Assembly: GCF_018977255.1 (NCBI RefSeq)
Contig: NW_024704743.1
Span: 81,098,001 to 81,162,000 of the forward strand
DNA from: Callorhinchus milii
Lineage: Eukaryota
DNA: 64,000 bases
Direction of reading: 5' to 3'
This document shows, one piece after another, positions 13,134-25,216 of this stretch. How positions within the stretch are numbered: position 1 is the first letter of the stretch; each line of letters opens with the position of its first letter. The notes beneath the pieces are model-generated. The model had not been told where the DNA came from and ran no database searches. It was given only the letters and a program-made list of their open reading frames with translations. The position numbers and the translations under genes are program-made.

Positions 13134-13895
13134 CTGGAAAAAGTTAAAGGACTTTTTCAGAATGTTATACATAATTTCAAAACTCACATATTTAAAGGGG
13201 AATACTTTAGGATTTCTATATATAGCACCTATGTTGAACAATCTGAGAAATTCATTCCTTTAATATATTTGTTAAAGAATCTGATTGTATTTGTTTCAAA
13301 TGACTGAGCATTACTTCTAAGCATGTAATTGTTGCAGTAAACTCTGGAGATCCAGCTGGAAAACGAGTAGGAATGTGCATCGTTCAACAGTCTCGAACTT
13401 CAAATTGGTTACAAAGCTTAAGATTGTACTGCAGCAGCATCACTGCTATCATTGTTATAGGTGATTGTTTAAAAAAATACAACACCCTTCTAAAACAAAA
13501 TAAACTTTGTATTTATAAATGATCACTACTAAAATGTACTTGCTTATAATGTTCAAATAATCTACAAATCTAAGTTTACATACCAATTTTAACCAATAAA
13601 CTGCTGAATTTTGTATTGTGAAAAACTAATTCTCACCCATTTTACCTATCTGGTTTCCCACTCAGTCAAACAAAACACTTTTTTGAACCACAAGTCTTAA
13701 TCTGGTGCCAAAACTATCTTTGCAAAACTGCAACAGAGCAGTAGCTTCATGTGCAAGTGTTCTGTCAATTGAAACTCTATTATGCCCACCATTGCCCACT
13801 GGATGGCAACACTTACTGGGTGGGATGTTAGTGTTTTTTAAAGGCTTGATGTGTCATCTATGAGATGGTTGTACTGCCTGAAATAAGACAGCAAA

Positions 13896-14432
13896 TCTAC
13901 ATATATCTATATAATTTCTGTCTGTGCTTCAAGAAGGATCTCAATAACCGATTGATGCAGACATGATTCATACCTCATCGGAAAGATCTTGCATCTAGGA
14001 GTGACACGGGCATATTTTTTTCAGGTATCTCCTATCGTTCTTGAGTTATTTTCAGTTTTGCGTTTTTTGCTGCACCCGGTGATTGCCGAGTCAAAGTGGC
14101 GCTTTGGCATCGTGCATCACAGAGCATGTATGTACGCACGCACTGCAATTACTCCTGGTGGCTGCGTTGGCTGACTGTGACGCTGTGGCTATGTGCGTCA
14201 CAGAGCACGCACATAGCCAAGCGGCGGCAGGAACAAAATAAAGAACACAGACGAAGCTAAGCCGCGGCAATAAGAAAATTACAGTTTTAAAGTATCGAGT
14301 CCTCCCACTGAGTCCTCCCACAGGAGTCCTCCCAGGTGAGTACAGATAAAGACAAAATGTCTGTCTGTGTGTTAATCTACATTCCATATTGGATCCTTTG
14401 GTTGCAAACAAAACTGCAACGGGGACAGTTAG
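13896..14432 (+). mobile_element. Non-autonomous Helitron-like element
   Basis: A|TC 5' end, subterminal hairpin GTTGCA-N8-TGCAAC, 3' end (C>T)TAG|T; homologous to 42011-42514 and 33346-33431. Confidence 0.7.
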
Positions 14433-14689
14433 TTATCTTATAAATTTAGAATCTCTCTCCCCCAAAATACAAAAACAAATGAGAATTCAGACAGACAGTG
14501 CAAAACTGTAATGACAAATGATTTACTTTTACTGTTCTGTCAGCAAAAAAATAAAGTGCGGAAAAGTATTTGCCAAGGTTATTAACAATGACTTTTTCCC
14601 CAATTCTGAAAAGATACATAATTTTTTGGATAAAAAATCCTAAACTGTATCACTCCTTCCAACAATAATGCATTGTGAAATAACCTTAC

Positions 14690-14804
14690 CACATATTTCT
14701 GGGTGCCCAACGATGTGTAATCTTGCTTCAGTTCCAACTCCAAAATGTTTCTTTTCCTATTAAATGCGAAGCTGCCGAAGAACTTCACAACGCTACTCTG
14801 GTCA
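14690..14804 (-). CDS. TAF2: TAF2 exon 13 (DQSSVVKFFGSFAFNRKRNILELELKQDYTSLGTQKYV)
   Basis: 115 nt; donor GTAAGG. Confidence 0.96.
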
Positions 14805-15135
14805 CTATTGTGTATAATTAAGGTATTTTCATCGATTTAGCATTGCAACTGAATTCTACCACTTCTATATCAAAACATGAAAAGCTAAAAGAGTTTTTTA
14901 ATGTGGTACCAACTGTTGCATTGATGACATAGGCTTTACAACTCACAAATATTTAATTGAGCTGAGGGAAGAACCTGGGTTTGTATTTTGCAGAGGTATC
15001 TGGAACAAATGAAATTGTTTGTACTGTGAAGCCAAAGGATAGACATGCAGTGCAGAACTAAAGTTCTGAACAGTATAAACGAACAAGAATGTATTTTGTT
15101 GAAATAATAAAAGAATTTAAAAACTCAAAGGATAC
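14805..15135 (-). other. TAF2: U12-type (minor spliceosome) GT-AG intron, TAF2 intron 12
   Basis: 5' site GTATCCTTT; branch-like TACCTTAAT about 12 nt before the TAG acceptor; no pyrimidine tract. Confidence 0.92.
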
Positions 15136-15290
15136 ACCCACTGTTTTATTAAAGGTTGGATATCTTTTCCAGACACATTAGAGATGGATTTCAAAAAGCC
15201 ACTTGTTGACAGCAGCATCTGACTCCACATGTGAGACTGGAACTTCTGGGATGATGCAGTGCTGGCTAAACTCAACAGCTTGTTGAAGAC
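15136..15290 (-). CDS. TAF2: TAF2 exon 12 (VFNKLLSLASTASSQKFQSHMWSQMLLSTSGFLKSISNVSGKDIQPLIKQW)
   Basis: 155 nt; followed by U12 donor GTATCCTTT. Confidence 0.96.
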
Positions 15291-15924
15291 CTAAATCAGT
15301 AAAAAGAACATATATTGGATTTGTTACGCATTCAAGTTTTGAGCACTTTATAAGCTTTATTAGAGGGGTGTCTACAGTTCATTCTCCCACCACCCAACAG
15401 TCTTCTCCATCGGGTTAATATGAGTCAGCTTTCACCAAGCAAAATGGTAATTTAAAAAGACCTACTTTGTACACTGCGAGAAATATTTTTTAAAAAGGTG
15501 AATGTATACAAACCATTCAAAGGCTTAGATAAGGTAAACTTAGTATATTGTTTCAAAGCAAAACAAAGAAAGCAAGATAAATAGAAAACAGTGAAAATGA
15601 AAGTTGAGAATAAAAAGCAGGAAAACATCTTTTGATTAAAGAGCGATAAATATTTGGAATTCAACAAACAAAGTAATAATGATAAGAACATTGGTGTTAT
15701 TCAAAATCAATGAAATGCCAAGATGTAGGGATAAGCTTCAGTGAGATTAACCGATTCCCATCCATTTTTTCCTATGTTCCTTCATCTTTGCTGACAAAAC
15801 AAATAACTAGCGATGGGGGGGGGGAGGAAGGGTGGGGAGGTAGAGAAGAAAACATTGTAACAATTCCTAATTCATGAGCTTATTCTGTTTCCAGCAGGAG
15901 GGAAAAGTTTAAAACTTCCAATTG

Positions 15925-16155
15925 CTACCCACTGGCACCCTGCTGTCCTCTCCCTCCGCTTAGCAGGCTCCAGCCTTCTCCACGTCCCCTTCCCTTTCTG
16001 CCTGACCATCGGCGATCCAGCCTTCAGCCTCCCTGCCACACCCTTTGGAACTCCATCCAATAGTCCATTCACCTGGCTCCCTCCCTTGCCTCCTTCAAGG
16101 TATGTCTCAAGACCCTCCTCTTTGACCACGTCTTCAGTTACCCTCCGACCCTCCA
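15925..16155 (+). mobile_element. L2 3' fragment
   Basis: Similar to the other L2 3' ends. Confidence 0.7.
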
Positions 16156-16722
16156 CTTATGCTGCATAAGAACTATTCTAAGAGACTGAAATTTAAGGTG
16201 TGCTTATATTGCTTATTTTGCTATCTTATAGATGATTGAGAAGATTTTCAAGAGGCACCACATTAACTGCCAACAGATAACACCGAAATTTCAACTTCAA
16301 AAGTACAACTTCCTCAACAAGTGAGAAACAGAACTTTCTGAGTATTTTAAAATTAAAAAGTTATTGATTTGAAGAAGAAAGTTTAACATGAAGATAAATG
16401 GCACACAAAAACACCGCTCAGAAGCAGATCATTAAGGCAATATCTTATTCATACAAAGAAGATAGCTGGCACTTGCAGAACGCTCCAACATCAGCCAGGC
16501 TCTAAATCCTCACAGTTTCTATGAATGAAAAATCCATTAGCCCGCGAAATCTGCCAATTAAACATTTTACCAAGTTTGGAAATGTGTGTGTGTAGTGGGG
16601 GGGGACGGGGGGGCAGAGATATCAAATAACTAAATACTGTATCATGTATAGAAAACAGGACACAAATAATTACATGCGGAAAACAGAACATGCCCAACTC
16701 TTCCCCCACTACCTTTATATAC

Positions 16723-16858
16723 CTGCAGCATAAATTCCATACTGATCCTGTTCTCAATGAGTCGCAGCACCAGGTGGGCTTTACATTGAAACATCTTGTA
16801 ATACCTCCAGGACATTGTATGAGGATGCCGGATTGAAAAGTGCAGATTTGCAGCAGGC
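16723..16858 (-). CDS. TAF2: TAF2 exon 11 (PAANLHFSIRHPHTMSWRYYKMFQCKAHLVLRLIENRISMEFMLQ)
   Basis: 136 nt; AG/GTATAT. Confidence 0.95.
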
Positions 16859-19164
16859 CTGTAAAGAGTTTTAGAAAAATTTAAATATCATTGGTACAAC
16901 AGGTTCATTTACTATTGCTGAAGAACAGACAAAAGTCTTAATTTAAAAAAAAATGGTGTCCAATTACAGTAAGCTCTGATAACTTGATCCTGGTTACAAA
17001 CATAACTTTCTGTGCATTTTAAAATGAAAAAATTATTGATTTGAAGAAGAAAGTTTAACATGCGGATGATAAATGATACACAAGAACGTGTGTGTGTGTG
17101 GGGTGGTGGGGAGGGGGTAGAGATATCAAATAACTAAATACTTGTCACTACCACACAATAAGTAAATACCACTTGTCACTACCATCCTGCTGTCAATATC
17201 CCGGCCGCATTAATTTACGTCTTTATATATGCCTAACTCACCACTCCGGATAACTCGTCACCAAGACCTTTTTCCTCGGAGTGATGAGTTATGAATTTCT
17301 TCCCCATTCGTCTCTATTCCTGGTCCCCAGCCTCCTCATGTTGGGGTGCAATTCCACTAGTAACTGCTTGCCCTCCAGTACCCCGCACCACTGTTCATGT
17401 GTGAATCTTGACCGTGAATGTTGGCAAGCCATTTGATGCAGAGAATGTCACCGGCAACCATGACCTCTCCTTGTCATACATGCACATTATCAGTAGAGGG
17501 TCCTGAAAAGGGGCAAGGATCAAGAATCCTGTCTGATTTTCTGCTCCCTAAATCTGGGAAAGCTGAGGACAATCTAGATTACCCACATAGCCCCAGCTGA
17601 GATCCCCAGACTCAGCATAAACTGAGATTCAAACCAGCAAACTACAGTATTGGGGCTGCCTGTTTGTTAATATTACATACCCGTAGCTGTCTGGATTCAA
17701 TACATCCTACAGTTCAGCTGTACATATAATCATCGATCAACGTACTTTTGATGTTAATTCAATTGAATTTTAAACAGTTATCAATTAAATATGTCTTCGG
17801 TGAGTAGACGACATGATAGGATACTGAGCTGTACAGATCATGAAGGTTCCAAGTTCAATTTACCAGAATATAATCTTAGTCAGGATAGCGGTGGCAGCAG
17901 CACAATTAACCTCAATATCCAAGGAGGGGGTGTGGTTAGGGAAGAAGTGAGGGAGAAGAGAATCAGAGTTGCACCTCCTAATAAGCTATGTGGCTCTTGC
18001 CTGAAAGTGCCTTTTGGTGGACACTGAATGATGATGACAGGATCTGGCTCAGTCATAATGACTCTCAGTCAAATAGGCTGACTTACTGGCTAGATTAACA
18101 CATGATCTAGTCACGTCTAGAGGTCTTTCAATGCCCATAGAACCAAACTAAGTATGTCACCACTCTCAGGGAGGAGGAAAGGGAAAACAATTGAAGATGT
18201 AGAGACAGAAGGCTTAAAGATTGCTAGTTCCAAGTGACTAATACAAAAAACAGAGTTAAAAATCACAAAATGTAAAGTGGTTTAAAGTCAATAAACATTG
18301 TGAAAAGGGTTCTTTGTACATTTTGGGCAGTAGAAATTGAAAGTAACTAGTAAATAATACAAACAGACCAAAGCAACTGCAAATATTGGGGTCAAAATTG
18401 CGGTATTTCTTTTTAAGGAACAGCATTAAAATGTGTTTTGAAAAGTCCCTATGAAGAGTGCCCCAAACCAACTTAAAAATGCTTGAAGCCACCATCTTGG
18501 ATTGCTGCTCAAAAAAGCTGCTGCTTTCAAAACACAAGCAGATGTTCATGTGCAATCTCTATAATACAAATTTAGTTAAATGATAATCCTGCAAGCTATT
18601 TGGAAATGCTACAATGCAAGATTGAAACCTTCAGTGGCAGGTGCTGTGCTTAAAAAGATTTAAAAGAATCTAAATCTAATCAGTGCTATCTTTGCGGCCG
18701 TTGTCTCTGGAAATTAAGTCTGTCAAGAGTCATCATCTATCTTACTAGGCCTTGCTGCACAAAAATACAAGAAAACAATATAAATCGATATGTTCTAAAA
18801 CGGCAACTGAAATTTGCTCTCACTTTAAAAGCAGTGACAATACTGAGCATTTTCAGTCAGTAATGGGCACGGCCATTATTCTGAAATGGGAGATATTAAA
18901 AAACATATTTTAACAAGGAAGAGAATGCATTTTGGAATACTGTAATTTTGACCCCCATCTACACATGGCACCAGTCAACTACGTTTGGATCTCAGAACAT
19001 TACAGTTAATTGAATTGTATGTTCCGTACGGAGCCCATTAGGCACTGCAAACATCTACCAGACTGGACCGTTGCAACTATATTCAAGGAAAGAGCAAACA
19101 GAAAAAAAAACCTTCCTGAAATCTTTCAGATCAGAGAATTACAAATAAACATGAGCTTGCTTAC

Positions 19165-19250
19165 ATTTCTTTTTCTTTCACCCCAGTCAACGTGGGATGC
19201 AGTAAAACGCCACCGGTTCTCAATTCATATTCGACTATTCTGTCCAGTTC
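19165..19250 (-). CDS. TAF2: TAF2 exon 10 (ELDRIVEYELRTGGVLLHPTLTGVKEKE)
   Basis: 86 nt; AG/GTAAGC. Confidence 0.95.
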
Positions 19251-19594
19251 CTGCAAGATACATACACAGATCATACTAGCAACAGAATGTTTACTTTTTT
19301 CAAGGTGAAACGTAGTACACTTCTTCACTTTTAACATCCAATTTTCAAAAGAAGCACATTATGCAACAGAAATGTTACAAAATGGATTTACCCGTAAAGC
19401 ATTTCAAGAGAAAACAGGAGGGGGTCACTGAGCCCATCAATATTGCCCCACAAAACCATTACTTGTTCCTAGAATTATCTTTCAGAGCACTTTATTTCCA
19501 ACAAAAAAATTAAACATTTCATATTGATTAATAATATATAATTTGTAAAATATGTTAAGTCATCCAACAGGAAATAAATATTAACTCAATACAT

Positions 19595-19990
19595 AATAAT
19601 AATCAATGCATTTGATATAGCACCTTATCGAGAGGTCTCAAAGTGCTTCACAGGATATACTGTAAAGTGGTTTTGTGTGGATTTTGTGGGCGTAATATGG
19701 CAAACGGATGGGCACCGCATCGTTCCACAAACTGCCATGGAGTGAGTGACTAATTATACTTGGGGGATTGTTGGGACTCTTTCCGATGAGAACAAATGTA
19801 ATTTGTTATTGTTGTTGGCCAGGGCACTGGCAGAAACTCCCTTCTCTTTTCGAATAGTGTCATAGGATCTTTAACGTCTACTTGAACAGACAGACCAGAT
19901 GTTGGTTTAACATCTCATCTGAAGGGTGGCAACTCCAACAATGCAACACCTCACCTTCCCGCACTGCAATGGAGTGTTAGCTTAGCCTAT
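19595..19990 (-). mobile_element. Older DeuSINE (SacSINE1/AmnSINE1-like Deu domain)
   Basis: Minus strand reads GATGAGATGTTAAACC...GACGTTAAAGATCCTATGACACTATTCGAAAAGAG, as in the recalled Deu-domain consensus. Confidence 0.7.
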
Positions 19991-20754
19991 GCAATTCCTA
20001 GTGCATTTAGACAGCAATCATAGGAATTCCAAAATCTCATTTGCTGGCAAGTAATTACAAAGTTCAAGAAAAGTCCCAAGAATGACAACTTTTTAAAAGT
20101 CAATAAGCAAATTATTTTGCACAGTATTCAGAGAATACCATTTCAAACGTTAACCCTTCTCACATACATTCCTATGCAACCATCAATATATAAAAATATT
20201 GTCTATTTTTTGTTTGCTAGGCAATGTAGACTTTATTAAACCACACTGCAATAACTTTCAAATCCAGAATTGAATTTATACATTGACATTAAACCAATGA
20301 TATATCCAATTCATTCAGAGATAAATCCTTATGTCATGACCATAAGGCATACATGAGTGCTGCATCCGAAAATATTAGGAATGATCCAATTTTAATAAAA
20401 ATCTAACTATGTATGTCTGTTCCACTTATCATCAGAAGACAGATTTAAAGAGTTTAGCAATCTAACCTTCTATTAATCATTTGAAGTTTGAGAATATATA
20501 AAACCATAACATAAATAATTAACTGCAATCAGTTGTAACACTTCAAATGTAAATGTGGATTAAAATGATTACAAACACAAAATATGTTACATTCAAACAA
20601 AATATTATAAGTAAAAGTTCTATGTATCTACCAGTGGCTTTATTCATATTTAACAAGGCTTCTGGTGAGCGAAATGACCTGATTTATAATGCAACACTAG
20701 TTATCAGTATTGGTCATCTAACACTTCTATCTTTAGTTGTTACTTTTAATGTAC

Positions 20755-20854
20755 CTCTTTGATCCAGTGCCTATACTCATTCACACCAAAGGTCTTCTTC
20801 ATCCAAAGGCCATAAATGTATCCCGAGATCCCTTTCAACACCCACTCATCTGAC
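20755..20854 (-). CDS. TAF2: TAF2 exon 9 (SDEWVLKGISGYIYGLWMKKTFGVNEYRHWIKE)
   Basis: 100 nt; AG/GTACAT. Confidence 0.96.
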
Positions 20855-23540
20855 CTGCAAGCAGCAAAGTTGGAAAAGCATTGCTCAAAAAAATAAAAAT
20901 AAGTAGTCCAAGAAAAATATTTTATTTTCTACTTTCCCAGTGACATTTAAAAAGAAAATATTTGGATAGGAAAAGAAGAAAGTGTTTGTAACATAAGAAC
21001 TTCGGGAGCTCGAAAAGTTGTAATTCAGAACCCGTTTTACAGTAAGTCCTCTCTTACTACTCCGCACCATTTGAATTAATGTATGATAGTGAGTGGGGCT
21101 ATGAAGACATGGTCCCAAATGCAGCTCCTTGTTTTTAATACAGTACAGTGAGTGGTGCTTTATATAATACATTATAGGTACTTGTGGGTTCCAATAAGCA
21201 ATAAAAAGTAGAACTGTTTTTTTTAAACTCTTTTGGTCTATGCTTGATTTGACTTGGCATGCTGCAAACCATATAAATGATTCCATACTGAGATTGGCTA
21301 CACCACCAAGGAATATAATCTTTAAATGATTTCCTTATGTCATTTTATCTTTAATATAAAACACACACACAGTTTATCAGTTGCACAACAAGCTCTTTGT
21401 TGCATTTCCATTAACCCTTTGAGCATTGAACTTAAATGCAGTTTCAAACTGTGAATGTTTTCTACATTATGGCATCTGCAACCAGATGTATGTTCAAAGG
21501 GAAACTGGCCCTGGACTGCAATTAGTCACAGATAACAATCTTACTTTAGCAGATGGACCTAATGTTTCTTTCCTCCCTCCCCTTCCCCTCTGAAGGTATC
21601 GACTCACACAGGGATATAGTTCTATGTGCACCATCCATCTGGTACTTCATCCAAGTGGCAACTCTTCATGTGTGAGCCTAGACGAGTGGTGGACAACTTT
21701 TAGGTCAACCAACAAAATAAATGTTCTTGATTGAATATTTCTTGATTTATGCTATAAATCAAGAAAAAAAATTAAAGCACACTATCGATCGACTTAGCTA
21801 CTCATGCAAATGTTCGGTGGGGCTTCTTCTTGGCCCACAGGTTGGCTACCACTGGCCTAGAGTGTTAGCAGGCTACTCACTGTATACAGAAGCAATTTCT
21901 AACAGAGTAACTGACTAGTGATTATCAACCACTAAATTTACAATAATTATAATGCCAACAGGAACCAAACTATACTTTCTGTCACCAATCTCTCCTTCCT
22001 CTATTTGTGATAAATGCCTAGGTATATGTTGTCATAGTGGGGATCGGTTTAAAAAAAGGAAAATTACAAGGAAGAAAATCGGCAACCCTGTTTTTTATAA
22101 TGGATTGTCACCTCAATCATGCTCGTGTTTGGCATGGTAAAGGAACCAAATTAGGGGCAAATATTATTGGAAGACTATCAACTGCTTCCCACACACAAAA
22201 TGTACTCCCCTAGTTATACAAAACTTGTTTTTCTCTGTTCATCACCGGCCTGCTGAAGACCTGGCATGCTGGGTTTCAAGGTTATAAAAAGTCACTCAAA
22301 TGATGTCAGCAGGCAACCAGCTGCTGGTCAAAAGCCATGCTCATCTCAGGAGACTCCAAACACCCCAATAGGTAAATATGCCATGAGAAGGTCCTGGTTT
22401 AAACTCTGATTGGATTAAATTAAACAATATCAACCAGTGTGGCAGTGGAGGAATCACAATTGATCCCAACAACTTGGGGAATGGGCGCAAAAAGGAAAGA
22501 GGAAACAAAATCAACCAGAAAGTATAATGTTCCTGATCAAAATTCAGTAACTGCATAAATATTCAAAAAGCATGTGGGAGAAATGATCAGATTTCGGTCA
22601 GAAGTCCATCACAGGCCAAGAGGTAACCAGAAAATATTTATTTTCACGTAGAGTGAACAACAACTGGAATGAATTACCGAAGGGTGGTAGTAGCCATGAA
22701 AATGGATCCTTTCAGAAAAACTTTGATGTTATAATGAGAAGTCAGTAGGTCTAGTATTCTGGATAGATGATGTCAAATGGGCTGAAGGGCCCTTTTGTTA
22801 ATCTTAATCTCATATCATGCCTGCGTTCATAGTCTAGGCTTAGCTCTCGCAATGCAAAGCAATGCTGTGAGAGTGTTGCAATGTTAGAGTGCCATAGATG
22901 TTCAACCAAAAGCATGCAATCTGGCCTGTTATATTAAAAATCCCATGGTACTATTAGAAGAAGGGACCAACAGCACAACATTTTTTTAAAAATCCTGACT
23001 GTTTCTGAAACAGTCTGAGTGTAAATTGCGTTCTAATTTCAAATTGCACTCAGCAATGTCCCACAAAGAGTCGGGATTTCAAAAAAAATTTTGTACTGTT
23101 GGTCCCTTCTTTTTTCGAATTTGAATAAAAATACTAAACTATGAAGTCATTGAATTTGGATTTGCATTTCAAATGCAAGAATTATTAGTATGATAGAATT
23201 GGACAGTTGAATAATTTTCAAAAATTTATTTTCAAAAACGAATCCATCATGAAAGATGCAAAACCAAAGATATATGTCTTCCAAAAAACATAGTAGAATT
23301 CGGTGTATTGTATATTAAAAAAATTAAATATCAATGGTTGTGGGACAAAAATCTTCATCTGCATAACTTATAACAGGTAACTGGATTAAAATAAGGCTTA
23401 TTTTGTAAAATATTTTTTAATCCTAATTTTCTCAAACATTGCAGTGTCCAGTTTGTGTTAAAGCAATCATTGCAAAACTCCATTTATGGGACAAATTCAG
23501 TAAGCTGTGGGTCTTTTACTTCTCTATTTTATTTACTCAC

Positions 23541-23654
23541 CACGACATTCTGGAAATAAAGCAGCCAAAGAACTGCTGAGCCAAAGCTTGTGCTAAACAG
23601 CGTCTGGTAAGCGGCGTCTGATCTATAATCATGGCACTGTGCAGGAGGTTTGTG
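23541..23654 (-). CDS. TAF2: TAF2 exon 8 ([37 protein letters not shown])
   Basis: 114 nt; AG/GTGAGT; holds the degenerate M1-aminopeptidase HEXXH position (AQALAQQF). Confidence 0.96.
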
Positions 23655-24039
23655 CTGAACGAAAGATGAGAAAATAGAAGCTAAGGTTTCAGGCAAGCAA
23701 CAGACATTTTACCTAGACATAACAAATACTGTGGCTAAAGGTGACAGAAATTAAGTTTGAATTTTTAACAAGACTGGCTTTGTATTTTATCAACTGATAT
23801 CACTGGCTTGAAGTTCGCCAACCTTTCCTATTCAGGCATTACACTCCCAATGCACAGCAGTCGCGATGACTATCTAGAGCTGTTTGTAAATTCAATGTTT
23901 TCAAAGAACTACAATTTTTAGGAAATAATAAACACATTGGGACTGATAAGCTACTATAGACTACAAATAAAAAGAAACGGCAATGTGCACATATCCCTTT
24001 CGATGAACATGTGTGATTATCCTCCTTGGGGGAGGAAGG

Positions 24040-24602
24040 AGGTAAGCGGGGTCTCCTTGAAACTGAACTGGCTACAAGGTGATATGCCTTGCAATGGAAT
24101 GTCGGAATCGAGCCAGCCCTCTGTGGCAGTCTCGGTAGGCCTATTCCTGATCAGGCAGGTCCGCAGTATTCCAGGGCACTGCTGATGACAGCACAGCCAG
24201 CTTCGCTCATCATCAGGACCTGGATGGGCAGACCAGTCACTGGGGCATGGAGTTATCCCACTCAGCTTCTGTTAACTCTGCAAGCTAAAGCCCTAACGGG
24301 TAGGGCGGTCCTAGCTGGACATGCAGTGGGAAAGCTTGCCAGACAGCAATATCAATGGCAAGCTATTTGATTTTAACTGGTTAGACTCTAGCAGTACCCC
24401 AACACACACTCTAGAGTCCCAAAACTTTGGCTCTTGCCAACCTTTGCCTAATACTTTCTGGAATTGGGTAAGCAGGATGCATCCCTCTAGGGAGAGTGCG
24501 CATTCCATTCCAACAATTCATCTCTGGGATTTCCATGTGTAAGTGGATTGCACGGAAATCTCAGCTTGGTTTCGATACTCTTAAAAGCATGGTGATGGGT
24601 TT
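24040..24602. repeat. Unclassified interspersed repeat (family X)
   Basis: Homologous to 54335-54634, 55740-56150 (inverted), 59615-59795, 34261-34370 plus 35912-36030 (inverted) and 44137-44172. Confidence 0.75.
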
Positions 24603-25031
24603 CCGCGAGTGTCAAGACACCCGGATGACCCAAACAAAAACAATGGACACGTAAATATAATGCATTATACACTGTCAATTTAGTAAGTAAAATCAAATCA
24701 TATTTTACTATGTAAAGAGTTAAAACAGCTCTTCTACAAAAGTATTGAACAAACTAGTCACTATGATCAATCAGCTGCGTTTTACTCTCATGCTTAAATA
24801 AGTTTCCTTCCTCCAATTTTTTTTTCTTCCTTCTATTGTCGTCTTCTATGCGTGCATCCTCCTGAGCCAAAACATGAGTAACCAACCAACTTCCAGGACA
24901 CTACCACACTCCAATGGTGCAAAATGCTAGATGCTCCCTGAAAGCATGCAAATTGGCTGCCATATTTGCTTAGAAATACATAGCCATTACATCTGCCACC
25001 AATTCCGTGCAAAGCATTAGAATGGATTCAC

Positions 25032-25216
25032 CTTAAAATACTCATAGATGCGTAGGAAGCAACTTCTATATAAGCTTCATCAACAAATACAGTCTTGTAA
25101 CAGGCATATGGGTATCGGCAGGTCAAAATCTCCTCATAAAATTCAAAAATCTCATGAAGAAAGGATGTGGTATGTTTGAGGAGAGGAAGCAGCTGGGGTA
25201 AACAGAAGTGCGTTAC
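25032..25216 (-). CDS. TAF2: TAF2 exon 7 ([18 protein letters not shown]...YASMSIL)
   Basis: 185 nt; within ORF 25028..25282; AG/GTGAAT. Confidence 0.97.

Noticed and set aside
14297..14335. GAGTCCTCCCA repeated three times with short spacers
   Set aside because: Too short for a CRISPR-like array; a small tandem repeat inside a Helitron-like element in eukaryotic DNA
17236..17292. Small inverted repeat AACTCACCACTCCG / CGGAGTGATGAGTT
   Set aside because: Probably a MITE remnant; too short to classify and no evidence for a miRNA
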